From the IMG/VR virus record IMGVR_UViG_3300026408_000032: 64,000 bases of DNA; one strand, written 5' to 3'. Made by a program: the position numbers and the translations under genes. Shown in pieces: positions 1 to 8,549 of the stretch (position 1 is the first letter of the stretch; each line of letters opens with the position of its first letter). The DNA comes from an uncultured virus (IMG/VR IMGVR_UViG_3300026408_000032). Lineage: Duplodnaviria; Heunggongvirae; Uroviricota; Caudoviricetes. The notes beneath the pieces are model-generated. The model saw nothing but the letters and a program-made list of their open reading frames with translations. It had not been told where the DNA came from and made no database searches.

Positions 1-10
1 CTATTTGCTA

Positions 11-690
<680 letters not shown>

Positions 691-738
691 TCTAACCCAG
701 GTACAGGAGCACACCACTAGAGGGAGAGCAGGAAAACG

Positions 739-924
739 ATGACGGCCAAAATCGACATTGAAGTTGAGAAGGTGAAACTGGCAACTGCGGATCGGAAAGA
801 CCTTGAGCAGTTGGAACGCTCAAACCGACCGAAAGCCACGCCCAACATGCGTCAACGTCATGCGCTGGTAATTGCGGAACTGCATCGACGTGACCTTGTT
901 GAGCTTCAAAACTTCCATAAGTGA
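739..924 (+). CDS. Small hypothetical protein
   Basis: SD-like upstream sequence; overlaps the start of the next ORF. Confidence 0.55.
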   Translation: MTAKIDIEVEKVKLATADRKDLEQLERSNRPKATPNMRQRHALVIAELHRRDLVELQNFHK

Positions 925-1169
925 TGACCACCTTCGAGTTCGAGAGTTTCAGTAAGCTCGCCCACTACATCATAGCTGATAGGTGGATCACTGTTGTCTG
1001 CCGGGCGAACTGTAGAAACCGGAGGGTATTGGATTTGAGGATCTTCGACCCTGAGTTAACGGTCGCGGATTTGAGAAAGAAAACCTACCGCTGCACCATG
1101 TGCGGATCGACAAAGACAGAGTTGGTTGTTGAGGATGAGCGGGAGTGGCGGAAAAGGATTAAGCGATGA
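921..1169 (+). CDS. Small Zn-ribbon-like protein
   Basis: CxxxC..CxxC; overlapping start/stop with neighbours. Confidence 0.6.
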   Translation: MMTTFEFESFSKLAHYIIADRWITVVCRANCRNRRVLDLRIFDPELTVADLRKKTYRCTMCGSTKTELVVEDEREWRKRIKR

Positions 1170-1372
1170 ACTCTCTGGGCGAATACATAAAACGTGAAAT
1201 CGCGCAATCAGAATGGGATTCTGCAATGAGAGAGTTGCGCTCCATGTCGATCGAACAGCTTCGCGCCCTATGGGACAGCTTCGGTGAGGACAGTTTTTGC
1301 GGGGATTATGATTGCGTTCATGTTCACGCTGCCTTGAACGAGAAAGGCGATGGCGCGTACTGCGCTGTCTAA
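1166..1372 (+). CDS. Small hypothetical protein
   Basis: AAGGA SD; overlaps the upstream ORF end. Confidence 0.6.
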   Translation: MNSLGEYIKREIAQSEWDSAMRELRSMSIEQLRALWDSFGEDSFCGDYDCVHVHAALNEKGDGAYCAV

Positions 1373-1376
1373 TGAA

Positions 1377-1404
1377 AGGTTTTTACCGATCCCGGTAAAA
1401 ACCT
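1377..1404. other. Perfect 12-bp inverted repeat (terminator or operator)
   Basis: AGGTTTTTACCG-ATCC-CGGTAAAAACCT directly upstream of the tRNA-cluster promoter. Confidence 0.6.
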
Positions 1405-1408
1405 AAAA

Positions 1409-1437
1409 TTGACGAGTTGCGCAAATCACTTTAGAAA
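1409..1437 (+). promoter_or_regulatory. Putative sigma70 promoter of uORF/tRNA cluster
   Basis: TTGACG-N17-TAGAAA; predicted +1 at about 1444-1445, i.e. at the uORF ATG. Confidence 0.6.
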
Positions 1438-1444
1438 AGACCGC

Positions 1445-1498
1445 ATGAACCACAGACCTACACGACCGACGATGAGGCCGACACGCTTACCAGCGTGA
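1445..1498 (+). CDS. 17-aa leader peptide MNHRPTRPTMRPTRLPA
   Basis: ATG AAC CAC AGA CCT ACA CGA CCG ACG ATG AGG CCG ACA CGC TTA CCA GCG TGA; 12 of 16 elongator codons are Arg/Pro/Thr/Leu. Confidence 0.7.
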   Translation: MNHRPTRPTMRPTRLPA

Positions 1499-1515
1499 TC
1501 GGCTTATTGCGTTTT
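1475..1515 (+). terminator. Attenuator-like hairpin overlapping the uORF
   Basis: AGGCCGA-CACGCT/TACC/AGCGTG-A-TCGGCTT followed by ATTGCGTTTT. Confidence 0.6.
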
Positions 1516-1592
1516 CGGAGTGTAGCTCAGTCTGGCAGAGCGCGCGGTTTGGGACCGCGAAGCCGTTGGTTCAAATCCAGCCACTCCGACCA
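1516..1592 (+). tRNA. tRNA-Pro(TGG)
   Basis: CGGAGTG/CACTCCG acceptor, CGCGG-TTTGGGA-CCGCG anticodon arm, ACCA end. Confidence 0.95.
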
Positions 1593-1593
1593 T

Positions 1594-1670
1594 GCTTCCG
1601 TAGCTCCAACGGTAGAGCAGCCCTTTTGTAATGGGAAGGATGCGGGTTCGAATCCATGCCGGAAGCACCA
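1594..1670 (+). tRNA. tRNA-Thr(TGT), imperfect anticodon and T stems
   Basis: GCTTCCG/CGGAAGC acceptor, loop TTTGTAA, ACCA end. Confidence 0.85.
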
Positions 1671-1716
1671 CTCTTTAATTTTTCGAGCGATTTGTACAGC
1701 AAAGGCAAATCGATGT

Positions 1717-1793
1717 GGCCACGTAGCTCAATGGACAGAGCGCCGAGCTTCTACCTCGGGACCGTGTGGGTTCAAGTCCTACCGTGGTCGCCA
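1717..1793 (+). tRNA. tRNA-Arg(TCT)
   Basis: GGCCACG/CGTGGTC acceptor, CCGAG-CTTCTAC-CTCGG arm, A20, GCCA end. Confidence 0.93.
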
Positions 1794-1835
1794 ATGTTTC
1801 ACTCAAACCCTGCCGTTCAACGAGCGTTGAAAACT

Positions 1836-1913
1836 GCCCGTCTGGTGAAACTGGTAGACACGCCGAATTTAAACCTCGGAGATTTGCAGGTTCGACCCCT
1901 GCGACGGGCACCA
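1836..1913 (+). tRNA. tRNA-Leu(TAA) with short variable region
   Basis: GCCCGTC/GACGGGC acceptor, class II-type D-arm, loop TTTAAAC, ACCA end. Confidence 0.88.
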
Positions 1914-2105
1914 CAAACGCAAAAATTCCCCCCGCCACCGGCCCAGCGGAGGGGGACCGATGACGGGGGCTACCCAGCTAAGAGCGGAGCGGGGGTGCTG
2001 CTCTAGCGGGAATCTTGAGGTCACATTTTGTGACTTCAACTCATAGCTTTGGCACCACGAACAATAGCAGCACAAGACAGCCGGCGCCGATCATCGAATA
2101 CCGGA

Positions 2106-2471
2106 TCATTCGGTCTGCGAGTGCTTCATAAATTCTTGCACCCTGTCCGGGACGTGAACCCCGAGAGAGCTTGCGATTGCCAGCGCTATTGAGGTTAGCA
2201 GGAACAGGGCAGGCCAGAGGCGCTGCGCTCGTTCGAACCATTCCAGGACCGTCGAGAATGAGCTTTCTTCGTCCCGCTTCTGTTCGAGGACGATCAGCCG
2301 GTTGCCGTGGTCTTCCAGCTTCTCCCTCACCTGATCGAACGAGTCGTTCCCGTCCTCTAGCCTCTGTTCGATCCGTCCCGCTGTCCGGTTGAGGCCGTGC
2401 AGCATTCTCCCCTGCTCGCGCATTTGATCGAGCAAGATGCTCAAGGGGTCGATCTGGTATCCGTTCTGCAT
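2106..2471 (-). CDS. Coiled-coil protein with C-terminal TM (holin-like, lysis module)
   Basis: Hydrophobic C-terminal helix; last gene of the lysis cluster. Confidence 0.55.
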   Translation of the reverse strand: MQNGYQIDPLSILLDQMREQGRMLHGLNRTAGRIEQRLEDGNDSFDQVREKLEDHGNRLIVLEQKRDEESSFSTVLEWFERAQRLWPALFLLTSIALAIASSLGVHVPDRVQEFMKHSQTE

Positions 2472-2537
2472 CGCCCCTCAGCTCCAAAATTCCAGCGGTG
2501 ATGTCCGCAAATGAAGCCATGATCCCGTTTCCTCCCC

Positions 2538-2984
2538 TTACGGTAGCGAAAACCAGTTGGAAGATGACGCGGGTTTACGGGCAGGCTTTCGAGCAACCGT
2601 TTTCTTCGGAATAGCCCCCGTGGTGATCTTTGCGGGCTCTGGTTTGGCTTCGACCGCTTTCAATCGGCTATCGAGATTATGCTGTGCGGCGTCTAGCGTC
2701 TCGATATGCTGCGACATGGTTTTCATGTCGGAGCGGATCAGGCTTTCGCGTTCACTCAGCATACGGTTCGCTTCCGACTGTGTGACGTAGTTCGGAGCAT
2801 GTGACGCGCTAATCAGCGTGAACATCAGCCCCGAGGCGATCGCAACTCCAACAACAATAGTCGCCTTGGTTTTGAACGAGAGAGATTTCAGCCAAGCCCA
2901 TGCGGATTTGAGCCAACGCTTTACGACCGATTCCGCCTTCTCGACTTCGGCCTCTGCCGCTGCAATGATTTCGTCTTTGTTCAT
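2538..2984 (-). CDS. Membrane-anchored coiled-coil protein (lysis module)
   Basis: One TM, coiled coil, basic tail. Confidence 0.65.
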   Translation of the reverse strand: MNKDEIIAAAEAEVEKAESVVKRWLKSAWAWLKSLSFKTKATIVVGVAIASGLMFTLISASHAPNYVTQSEANRMLSERESLIRSDMKTMSQHIETLDAAQHNLDSRLKAVEAKPEPAKITTGAIPKKTVARKPARKPASSSNWFSLP

Positions 2985-2987
2985 CTC

Positions 2988-3299
2988 TTATCCCTTTTGT
3001 GCCGCTTTGAGCCCCGCTCTGCAGATGGCTCGATTGGAACGCATCGACTTGAACGCTTCTTTGTTGGTCTGGAGGTTCCGCGCCGCTTCGGATCGGCGCA
3101 CGTCGGAATCCGGAAGCTGTTGCCACACTGGGTCAGCAGACGTGCATTCACCCGGAACGCCCGCGAGTCCGGTTACAACGACCGGCGGATCACCACTGCA
3201 TCCGGCCAAAAGCAGGGCGAGCGGCGCGCAAAAAACCGTACCGGCGCGCAGAAACCGGCGGCGCGGCGCTTGGCGGCCGGGTTGGATGTGCCATTTCAT
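2988..3299 (-). CDS. o-spanin (Rz1-like lipoprotein)
   Basis: Lipobox LLLAGC; overlaps the end of the i-spanin candidate. Confidence 0.65.
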   Translation of the reverse strand: MKWHIQPGRQAPRRRFLRAGTVFCAPLALLLAGCSGDPPVVVTGLAGVPGECTSADPVWQQLPDSDVRRSEAARNLQTNKEAFKSMRSNRAICRAGLKAAQKG

Positions 3300-3631
3300 T
3301 GGTTGAGGCTCCGCGTCAGGGCGCGAGGATAGACAACGGGATCGTCCTTTAGCGCCTGCAATTGCGTTTCGAGATCGCGCACACGTTCGAGGGCGGCAAC
3401 CTTGTCGGCCTCGGCCTTTTCGCGCTCCACTTGAGCAGCCTTAGACGACCGCGCCGTGGCTTCGGTAGTCGCCTGATTGATCGCCTTCAGCCAAGAGGCG
3501 TCGTTGCTGGATTTGATCCACGAGACGACAAGTGTCGCGGTGCCGGTAACGAGCGCCATGACGACGCCGATTCCAATGGCGCTAGCCGCTATTTGACCGA
3601 CGCGGCCGACCAGCCAAGTCCAGATGATCAT
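3296..3631 (-). CDS. i-spanin (Rz-like)
   Basis: N-terminal TM plus coiled coil, directly after the endolysin. Confidence 0.65.
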   Translation of the reverse strand: MIIWTWLVGRVGQIAASAIGIGVVMALVTGTATLVVSWIKSSNDASWLKAINQATTEATARSSKAAQVEREKAEADKVAALERVRDLETQLQALKDDPVVYPRALTRSLNQ

Positions 3632-4506
3632 CAGACAGCCTCGCGTTCGATCAGGCCCTTGCGCTCGGCCCATGCGACGCAGGCTGCAACGACAACGACG
3701 GTTCCGGCCCAGAACATCGGATCAGCAGCGAGCCCGATGAGGAACATCCAAATGTCCAAGCCACGATCTGCCGAATAGGCGTGCTGTGCGGCTTGCGCCA
3801 CCTGAACTCCGATGATGGTATTGCCAGCAGCACCAGCGGTCCCGGCCGCTTGCCCCGTCGAAGTGCCCGCCGTCTTTGTTGGCGGCGGCACATCGGCCTT
3901 ACCCTGCGTTGCGCTCTGCTCGTCGGCATCCGGTAGAGGAGGCGCAAAGGCGACCGGAACGGCCGGTATATCACCAGCCATTTTGAGAGCTGCGGACTGC
4001 GTGCCCGATACCCGGGACAGCCAGCCCTTGCCGAAGCGCCAGAAGGTCTTCAGAGACTTGTAATAGGCCGTGCGGTACTGGCCCATTTTAACGACCACCT
4101 GAGCCGGGTCGCAGTTGACTAGGGCTCTCTCGGTAATCTCGCCCATGTGCCCGTCAGCGGCCACGCCAAGGGCAGACTGAAGGCATTTGATGCCCCGCTG
4201 TGGCCCGGCGTTGACGCCGAAGTCGAAGGTGATCAGATCCACGCCCGGAGGCAGGCGGTCGGCGTTGACCTCATCCCAATACTTGGTGCGGTAAATGTCG
4301 TCGCGCTCGGTCTTCAGGATGTTGCGGACGGACTGTTTCGGTAGTCCCTTTCGAAGCCGGTAGGCATCGTATTCTTTCTGGATGATGCCGTTCATCGTCG
4401 CGCCGCCGGGATCGTACGGATCGTTTGAGAATCCCCCTTCCCATTTGAGTGTTTCGGCAAGGCACGCCTGAAAGCGCGCCTCGGCATCTGCCGGTGCGTT
4501 GGTCAT
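3631..4506 (-). CDS. Endolysin, glycoside hydrolase family 108, with PG-binding domain and hydrophobic C-terminus
   Basis: WEGGFSNDPYDPGGAT, FDFGVNAG and FGKGWLSRV motifs. Confidence 0.92.
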   Translation of the reverse strand: MTNAPADAEARFQACLAETLKWEGGFSNDPYDPGGATMNGIIQKEYDAYRLRKGLPKQSVRNILKTERDDIYRTKYWDEVNADRLPPGVDLITFDFGVNAGPQRGIKCLQSALGVAADGHMGEITERALVNCDPAQVVVKMGQYRTAYYKSLKTFWRFGKGWLSRVSGTQSAALKMAGDIPAVPVAFAPPLPDADEQSATQGKADVPPPTKTAGTSTGQAAGTAGAAGNTIIGVQVAQAAQHAYSADRGLDIWMFLIGLAADPMFWAGTVVVVAACVAWAERKGLIEREAV

Positions 4507-4624
4507 CTATTCCCCCGATGGATGTGGAATCTGTTGCGCCCTATCTCTCAAAACATGGCGCGGAAAATTGAGTTGAGCGACATATGAGTGGAATACGTCG
4601 CAAGACGTCTGAAACGACGACAGA

Positions 4625-4822
4625 TCAGAGCTTCGCGAACGTGCCCGGTATCTGGCAGCGGTACTTTGCTATGCGCCAGTTTGGATGCGACCGCTTCCAT
4701 TCCTCGATCTGCATTTGTGCCCCAACGCCTATTTGGCACTGGAGCAATGACACCTCAGCAAAGGTCAGTGAGAAGTCCCGGCAGTTCACGCCCATACAGG
4801 CTACGAATGCGATCTCAATCAT
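4625..4822 (-). CDS. Small Cys-containing hypothetical protein
   Basis: MIEIAFVAC..C..C..WRIAKYRC; GGAGA SD. Confidence 0.55.
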   Translation of the reverse strand: MIEIAFVACMGVNCRDFSLTFAEVSLLQCQIGVGAQMQIEEWKRSHPNWRIAKYRCQIPGTFAKL

Positions 4823-4948
4823 CTGCGGAATCTCCCCGCGTCTGGAACGCGCACGCCAGTTGAAACGGTGCATTACTGCGCCGCAATGCGTAATCTCGTT
4901 GAAATGAACAACCCCGAGCGTTAGCGTCCTTTCACGGGGGATCATTCA

Positions 4949-5749
4949 ATGACAAAAAGCATTCTGCTTATCGGCAACGGGCCGTCCACGCGACTGCTTG
5001 CCAGCGTCGGCTTCAATCGACTACCCAAAGACCTCGATACGTTCGGCATGGGCGCTGCCTACAGATTTTATCGAGAGGTTCGCTGGTGGCCCAACTTCTA
5101 CGCCTGGTGCGATAAGAAGGTTTGCTTCTCCCACTTCGTAGGCCTTGGGCAAATCGTTGAAGATGCGTCAACGGACTCCACCAAATTCTTTTTCTCCCTG
5201 CCCGTTTCGCAAAGCCCGAAGTTGACCGTCGTGCCGCATTCGTCGACCGGCGATTTCTGCTTTCGAGAAGCCGTCCGGCGCGGCTACAAACGGATTTATA
5301 TGATCGGCATCGAGGCCGATTACGTCGCCGCTATTCCTGAATCCCGTGGCCTTACTGAAGATGAATGGCGCGCATATGGTTCCGGTATGCTGGACGACTT
5401 GCCAGAGGCCTATCGAACCACGATCCGGGTCATCACAGAAACGCCAAAACGGAATCCTAATTACTTCTTCGAAGGCTACCAGCGCGCAGGCGACCACTAC
5501 ACTCTTGCGGCGGCGGCCGGGCACCTGCGGTCGTGGGACTCGTGCGCTCGGCTCGCCAAAAGCCACGGCACTGAGGTCATAAACCTCAGCCCTATCTCAG
5601 CGATCCCCCACTTCCGAAAGCAGCCGCTTCGGACACTCTGGAAGAAGACGGACATTCTTCGCCAGATGCGCTTGCAAGTCGCATCCTTAAAAGAACGCCT
5701 CGGCGGCTCTCTGGCTCCGATAACCCCGCCAGGCTTAGAAATCGGATAG
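4949..5749 (+). CDS. Putative nonulosonate/sialyltransferase-like glycosyltransferase (GT42/Maf-like) moron
   Basis: ILLIGNGPS and STG..AVRRGYKRIYMIGIE motifs resemble Cst-II/Maf; antisense to the late genes. Confidence 0.7.
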   Translation: MTKSILLIGNGPSTRLLASVGFNRLPKDLDTFGMGAAYRFYREVRWWPNFYAWCDKKVCFSHFVGLGQIVEDASTDSTKFFFSLPVSQSPKLTVVPHSSTGDFCFREAVRRGYKRIYMIGIEADYVAAIPESRGLTEDEWRAYGSGMLDDLPEAYRTTIRVITETPKRNPNYFFEGYQRAGDHYTLAAAAGHLRSWDSCARLAKSHGTEVINLSPISAIPHFRKQPLRTLWKKTDILRQMRLQVASLKERLGGSLAPITPPGLEIG

Positions 5750-6880
5750 ATCGAAGGTCAGCAGCTTGGCTCCGTACAGACCGGACACGGTTCCCTTGTC
5801 GGAGGCTGCGATCAAGACGTTTGTTCCGTCAATGACCAATGACGGGTAAGCGATGCCATTTTGCGTGGCCGTGAACGTCAGCATATGATGCACGCCCCAC
5901 AGGATGCGGTTGCCGCTTCGAACTCCTATTCGATACCAGACGGGATCACGGTCAGCACCGGAGAACGTCGTGCCGTACTTGTTGTAGGTCCATAAAAAGA
6001 ACCGCCCGTCCGGAAGCTCGCAGACAAATGGCGACGCTCTCGGGTGCGGAACATAGGACGTACCATCGGACAGCCGCGCCCAATCTGCCGTGAACGTCGC
6101 CCCGCCGTCCGTTGACCAGAACTCGGTAAGCCTGCCCTTGTCCGTGCGCGCAAAGGCGCTGATCAAACCGTCCGAGTGGAAGATTGCAGAGGTTTCCTCG
6201 GTGATCGTTGTCGAGCCAAAAGTGTCATCCGCTCTCAGACCATCACCGCCGCTCGGAAGCAAATTGACCGTCGTCGGTGGAATATCGATTTCAGCGAAAA
6301 ATCCTTCGGTGTCGGTCAAGCCAGCATCCGCCGCTTTATTGATGCTAAGATAAACCTTCCCGTTCGCGGCCTTTACGTCCTGCATCCAAAAGAACTGTTT
6401 CGCGCCGCTGTAGGCGTTGCGACTGTCGATATTCGAGGATGGCAGGCTCAGATCCGTGCGAGCGCTCCAAGTTAATCCCTTGTCGTCAGAGGTTCGGTAA
6501 GAGAGCGTCCCGACAACATCGACGCGAACCGTCGTGCCGCCGCCCACCTTATCCGTGGAGGTTAGGCCATCGATGTTGTAGGTATAGAAAACATAGAGCT
6601 TATCGTTATCGGCGTCGTAATAGGGCATCCCCCATGAGGCCGTGTTGCTTGACGAAGGTTCGACGTCAATCTCCGAACCCCATGTCGCGCCGCCGTCTGT
6701 CGAGCGCTTAATTGCAATATGCTGATCGCCGCCCGCGCTGGAGGACCCCTCTTGATATGCGCTCGTCGTATAGACGCAGGCGAGAACACCCGGCATCTGC
6801 ACCAGCCCCGGACTATCGATGTAACCCGCCGTCGCGATGTTCTGAGCCGAAGCCCAGTCAATCGCGTCCGGCGACGTTAT
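5735..6880 (-). CDS. Sialidase-like BNR/Asp-box beta-propeller, probably the -1 frameshift extension of the tail fibre (first in-frame start is GTG 6802)
   Basis: Asp-boxes RSTDGGATW, TSDDKGLTW, STDGGATF; frame stays open past the tail-fibre stop. Confidence 0.85.
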   Translation of the reverse strand: MTSPDAIDWASAQNIATAGYIDSPGLVQMPGVLACVYTTSAYQEGSSSAGGDQHIAIKRSTDGGATWGSEIDVEPSSSNTASWGMPYYDADNDKLYVFYTYNIDGLTSTDKVGGGTTVRVDVVGTLSYRTSDDKGLTWSARTDLSLPSSNIDSRNAYSGAKQFFWMQDVKAANGKVYLSINKAADAGLTDTEGFFAEIDIPPTTVNLLPSGGDGLRADDTFGSTTITEETSAIFHSDGLISAFARTDKGRLTEFWSTDGGATFTADWARLSDGTSYVPHPRASPFVCELPDGRFFLWTYNKYGTTFSGADRDPVWYRIGVRSGNRILWGVHHMLTFTATQNGIAYPSLVIDGTNVLIAASDKGTVSGLYGAKLLTFDLSDF

Positions 6881-6886
6881 AAAGGG
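6827..6886 (-). promoter_or_regulatory. Programmed -1 frameshift signal
   Basis: C CCT TTA heptamer before TAA, 6-nt spacer, long hairpin with UUCG loop. Confidence 0.75.
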
Positions 6887-8472
6887 ACGGGTAACTGCAC
6901 CCCATAGAAGCCGGTTGTTGTTCCGCCGATCACCGTCCCTACTGTTTGGATCAGAACGTACAGTTCGTAATAGTCGGTCCCATTCGCAACGTCGTCAGCG
7001 AGTAGCGCTAGACCCTGGGCACTTGTTCCGTTGGCGCGAATAGATGGTCCTCGAATGAAGATGGAACCATTTTTCCAAATCTCCAGCCGAGCGAGCGATC
7101 CCGTGGAAAATCCGCTCTCAATGCTTGATCGAGCCTTCATCTGAACAAGGCCGGCTGGTGGAGTCCACGCGCCGGAGGCAAAATAGCCCCCGTAATCATA
7201 CACCTCTGAGTCAAGGGGAAGTTTTTGGTTTGTGGCAGTCGTGGTGAAGTTCGCAGACAGACCAACAGAAACGGCGGCATAGCTGGCGCGTGCGTCTGCT
7301 AGACCCTTTGGCGTTACGGCGCGTTCGGTATCGGTTCCGGCTATAGCTTCGGCGCTGGTCGCGAGTTCAACGATGCCTTTGTCTGTCTCGCTCGCATCAT
7401 CGACTGTCGGCGTGATGTTATCGACGTAGGTCTTGACGGCCTTTTGCGTTGCGACTTTGGTGTCGCTGTTCCCGGCGAGCGTTCCGTCAGTGTCGAGCGT
7501 GAACGTATCACTCGTCCAGATTTTCTTCCAACCGCCCCATGATGGGGTTGTGGAAAAGCTAGTACCTGAACGGACATATAATAAATTGCTATCTCCCGAT
7601 TCCCTGACGATCTGGATTCCAAAGCTGATGTCAGAGAAAACAAGCATCGTTCCCGTTGCGCCGCCGCCGGGCATATTCGCAGACATCGAGCGCAATTGGT
7701 AGATGCCCGAAGCGGTCAGAGTATTCAGATCACCTCCGGAAACCGAAGTAATTTTCGCGACCTTCGTGTCGGCATACGTTTTCGTTGCTTTTTGTGATGG
7801 GACCTTTGAGTCGCTGTTGGACGAGAGCGTTCCGCTGGTATCGATCGCGACTGGAACGCCGCTAGATCGCTGGTACTTCGTGCATTTCCAGTTCCCCGAT
7901 CCATCCGAAGCAAATTCTGCTTCGTCTCCTGCTGCTGTGGTGATGTTCGCTGCACCGGGGAGGATTAGAGACGTTGCATTGTGCGTGAGGATCAACGCGG
8001 TTGCGAACCGCACGCGCCGGAGCTTGTCGGTGCTCGTGCCGAAGGACGTAATCGTCGTCGTGCCGGTGATGTTGACGAGAGGCGTTGTCGCCGCGCCAAT
8101 ATCGCATGTGGACGCGCTTGCAACATCCGTCGAGGTCCAAACCGAGGCCGCGAGATCGCCGGTAAAGTCGAAATCTTCGCCAAGCGGTGTGATGTAAACC
8201 TCAGCAACGCCGCTGGTGATGTTGATCTCGGAGTCGCCATTTGTGCTTTTCAGTGCCCCGCGTGTCAGGGTAGCGCCGGATGCGCCATACGTTCCCCGAC
8301 CGACTTCAGTATTCGATCCGTCCTTGATGCCATAGCTGACCTCATCACCGTCTTGCACACCCGCATCAGCAAACGACAGATAGCCAGTGATCGCTGATCC
8401 CAGCGTCAGTGTTCCCGTTCCCAGCGTCGCTGTGTTAACGCGGGCAAGGTTGTAGAGCTTAACGGTTGTCAT
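6877..8472 (-). CDS. Tail fibre / receptor-binding protein
   Basis: Duplicated NSD.KV..QKA.KTY motif, knob-like GDLN..GIY..WGGWK segment, DASET.KGIVELAT repeat, C1q-like C-terminus. Confidence 0.85.
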   Translation of the reverse strand: MTTVKLYNLARVNTATLGTGTLTLGSAITGYLSFADAGVQDGDEVSYGIKDGSNTEVGRGTYGASGATLTRGALKSTNGDSEINITSGVAEVYITPLGEDFDFTGDLAASVWTSTDVASASTCDIGAATTPLVNITGTTTITSFGTSTDKLRRVRFATALILTHNATSLILPGAANITTAAGDEAEFASDGSGNWKCTKYQRSSGVPVAIDTSGTLSSNSDSKVPSQKATKTYADTKVAKITSVSGGDLNTLTASGIYQLRSMSANMPGGGATGTMLVFSDISFGIQIVRESGDSNLLYVRSGTSFSTTPSWGGWKKIWTSDTFTLDTDGTLAGNSDTKVATQKAVKTYVDNITPTVDDASETDKGIVELATSAEAIAGTDTERAVTPKGLADARASYAAVSVGLSANFTTTATNQKLPLDSEVYDYGGYFASGAWTPPAGLVQMKARSSIESGFSTGSLARLEIWKNGSIFIRGPSIRANGTSAQGLALLADDVANGTDYYELYVLIQTVGTVIGGTTTGFYGVQLPVPL

Positions 8473-8549
8473 CTATGATCCCCGCGCGCATGGCTTCGAT
8501 TGCGAAGTGTCGCCACTCGCATTCCCATTCCTCAGTTTTTGTCGTGGTG

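Noticed and set aside
2041..2520. 159-aa ORF with a strong SD overlapping 2106-2471
   Set aside because: Most of the product looks like an off-frame reading; I cannot support it or a frameshift here.
5735..8472. Diversity-generating retroelement or invertible tail-fibre cassette
   Set aside because: No reverse transcriptase, TR/VR pair or invertase seen; the fibre's internal repeat is a diverged protein motif.
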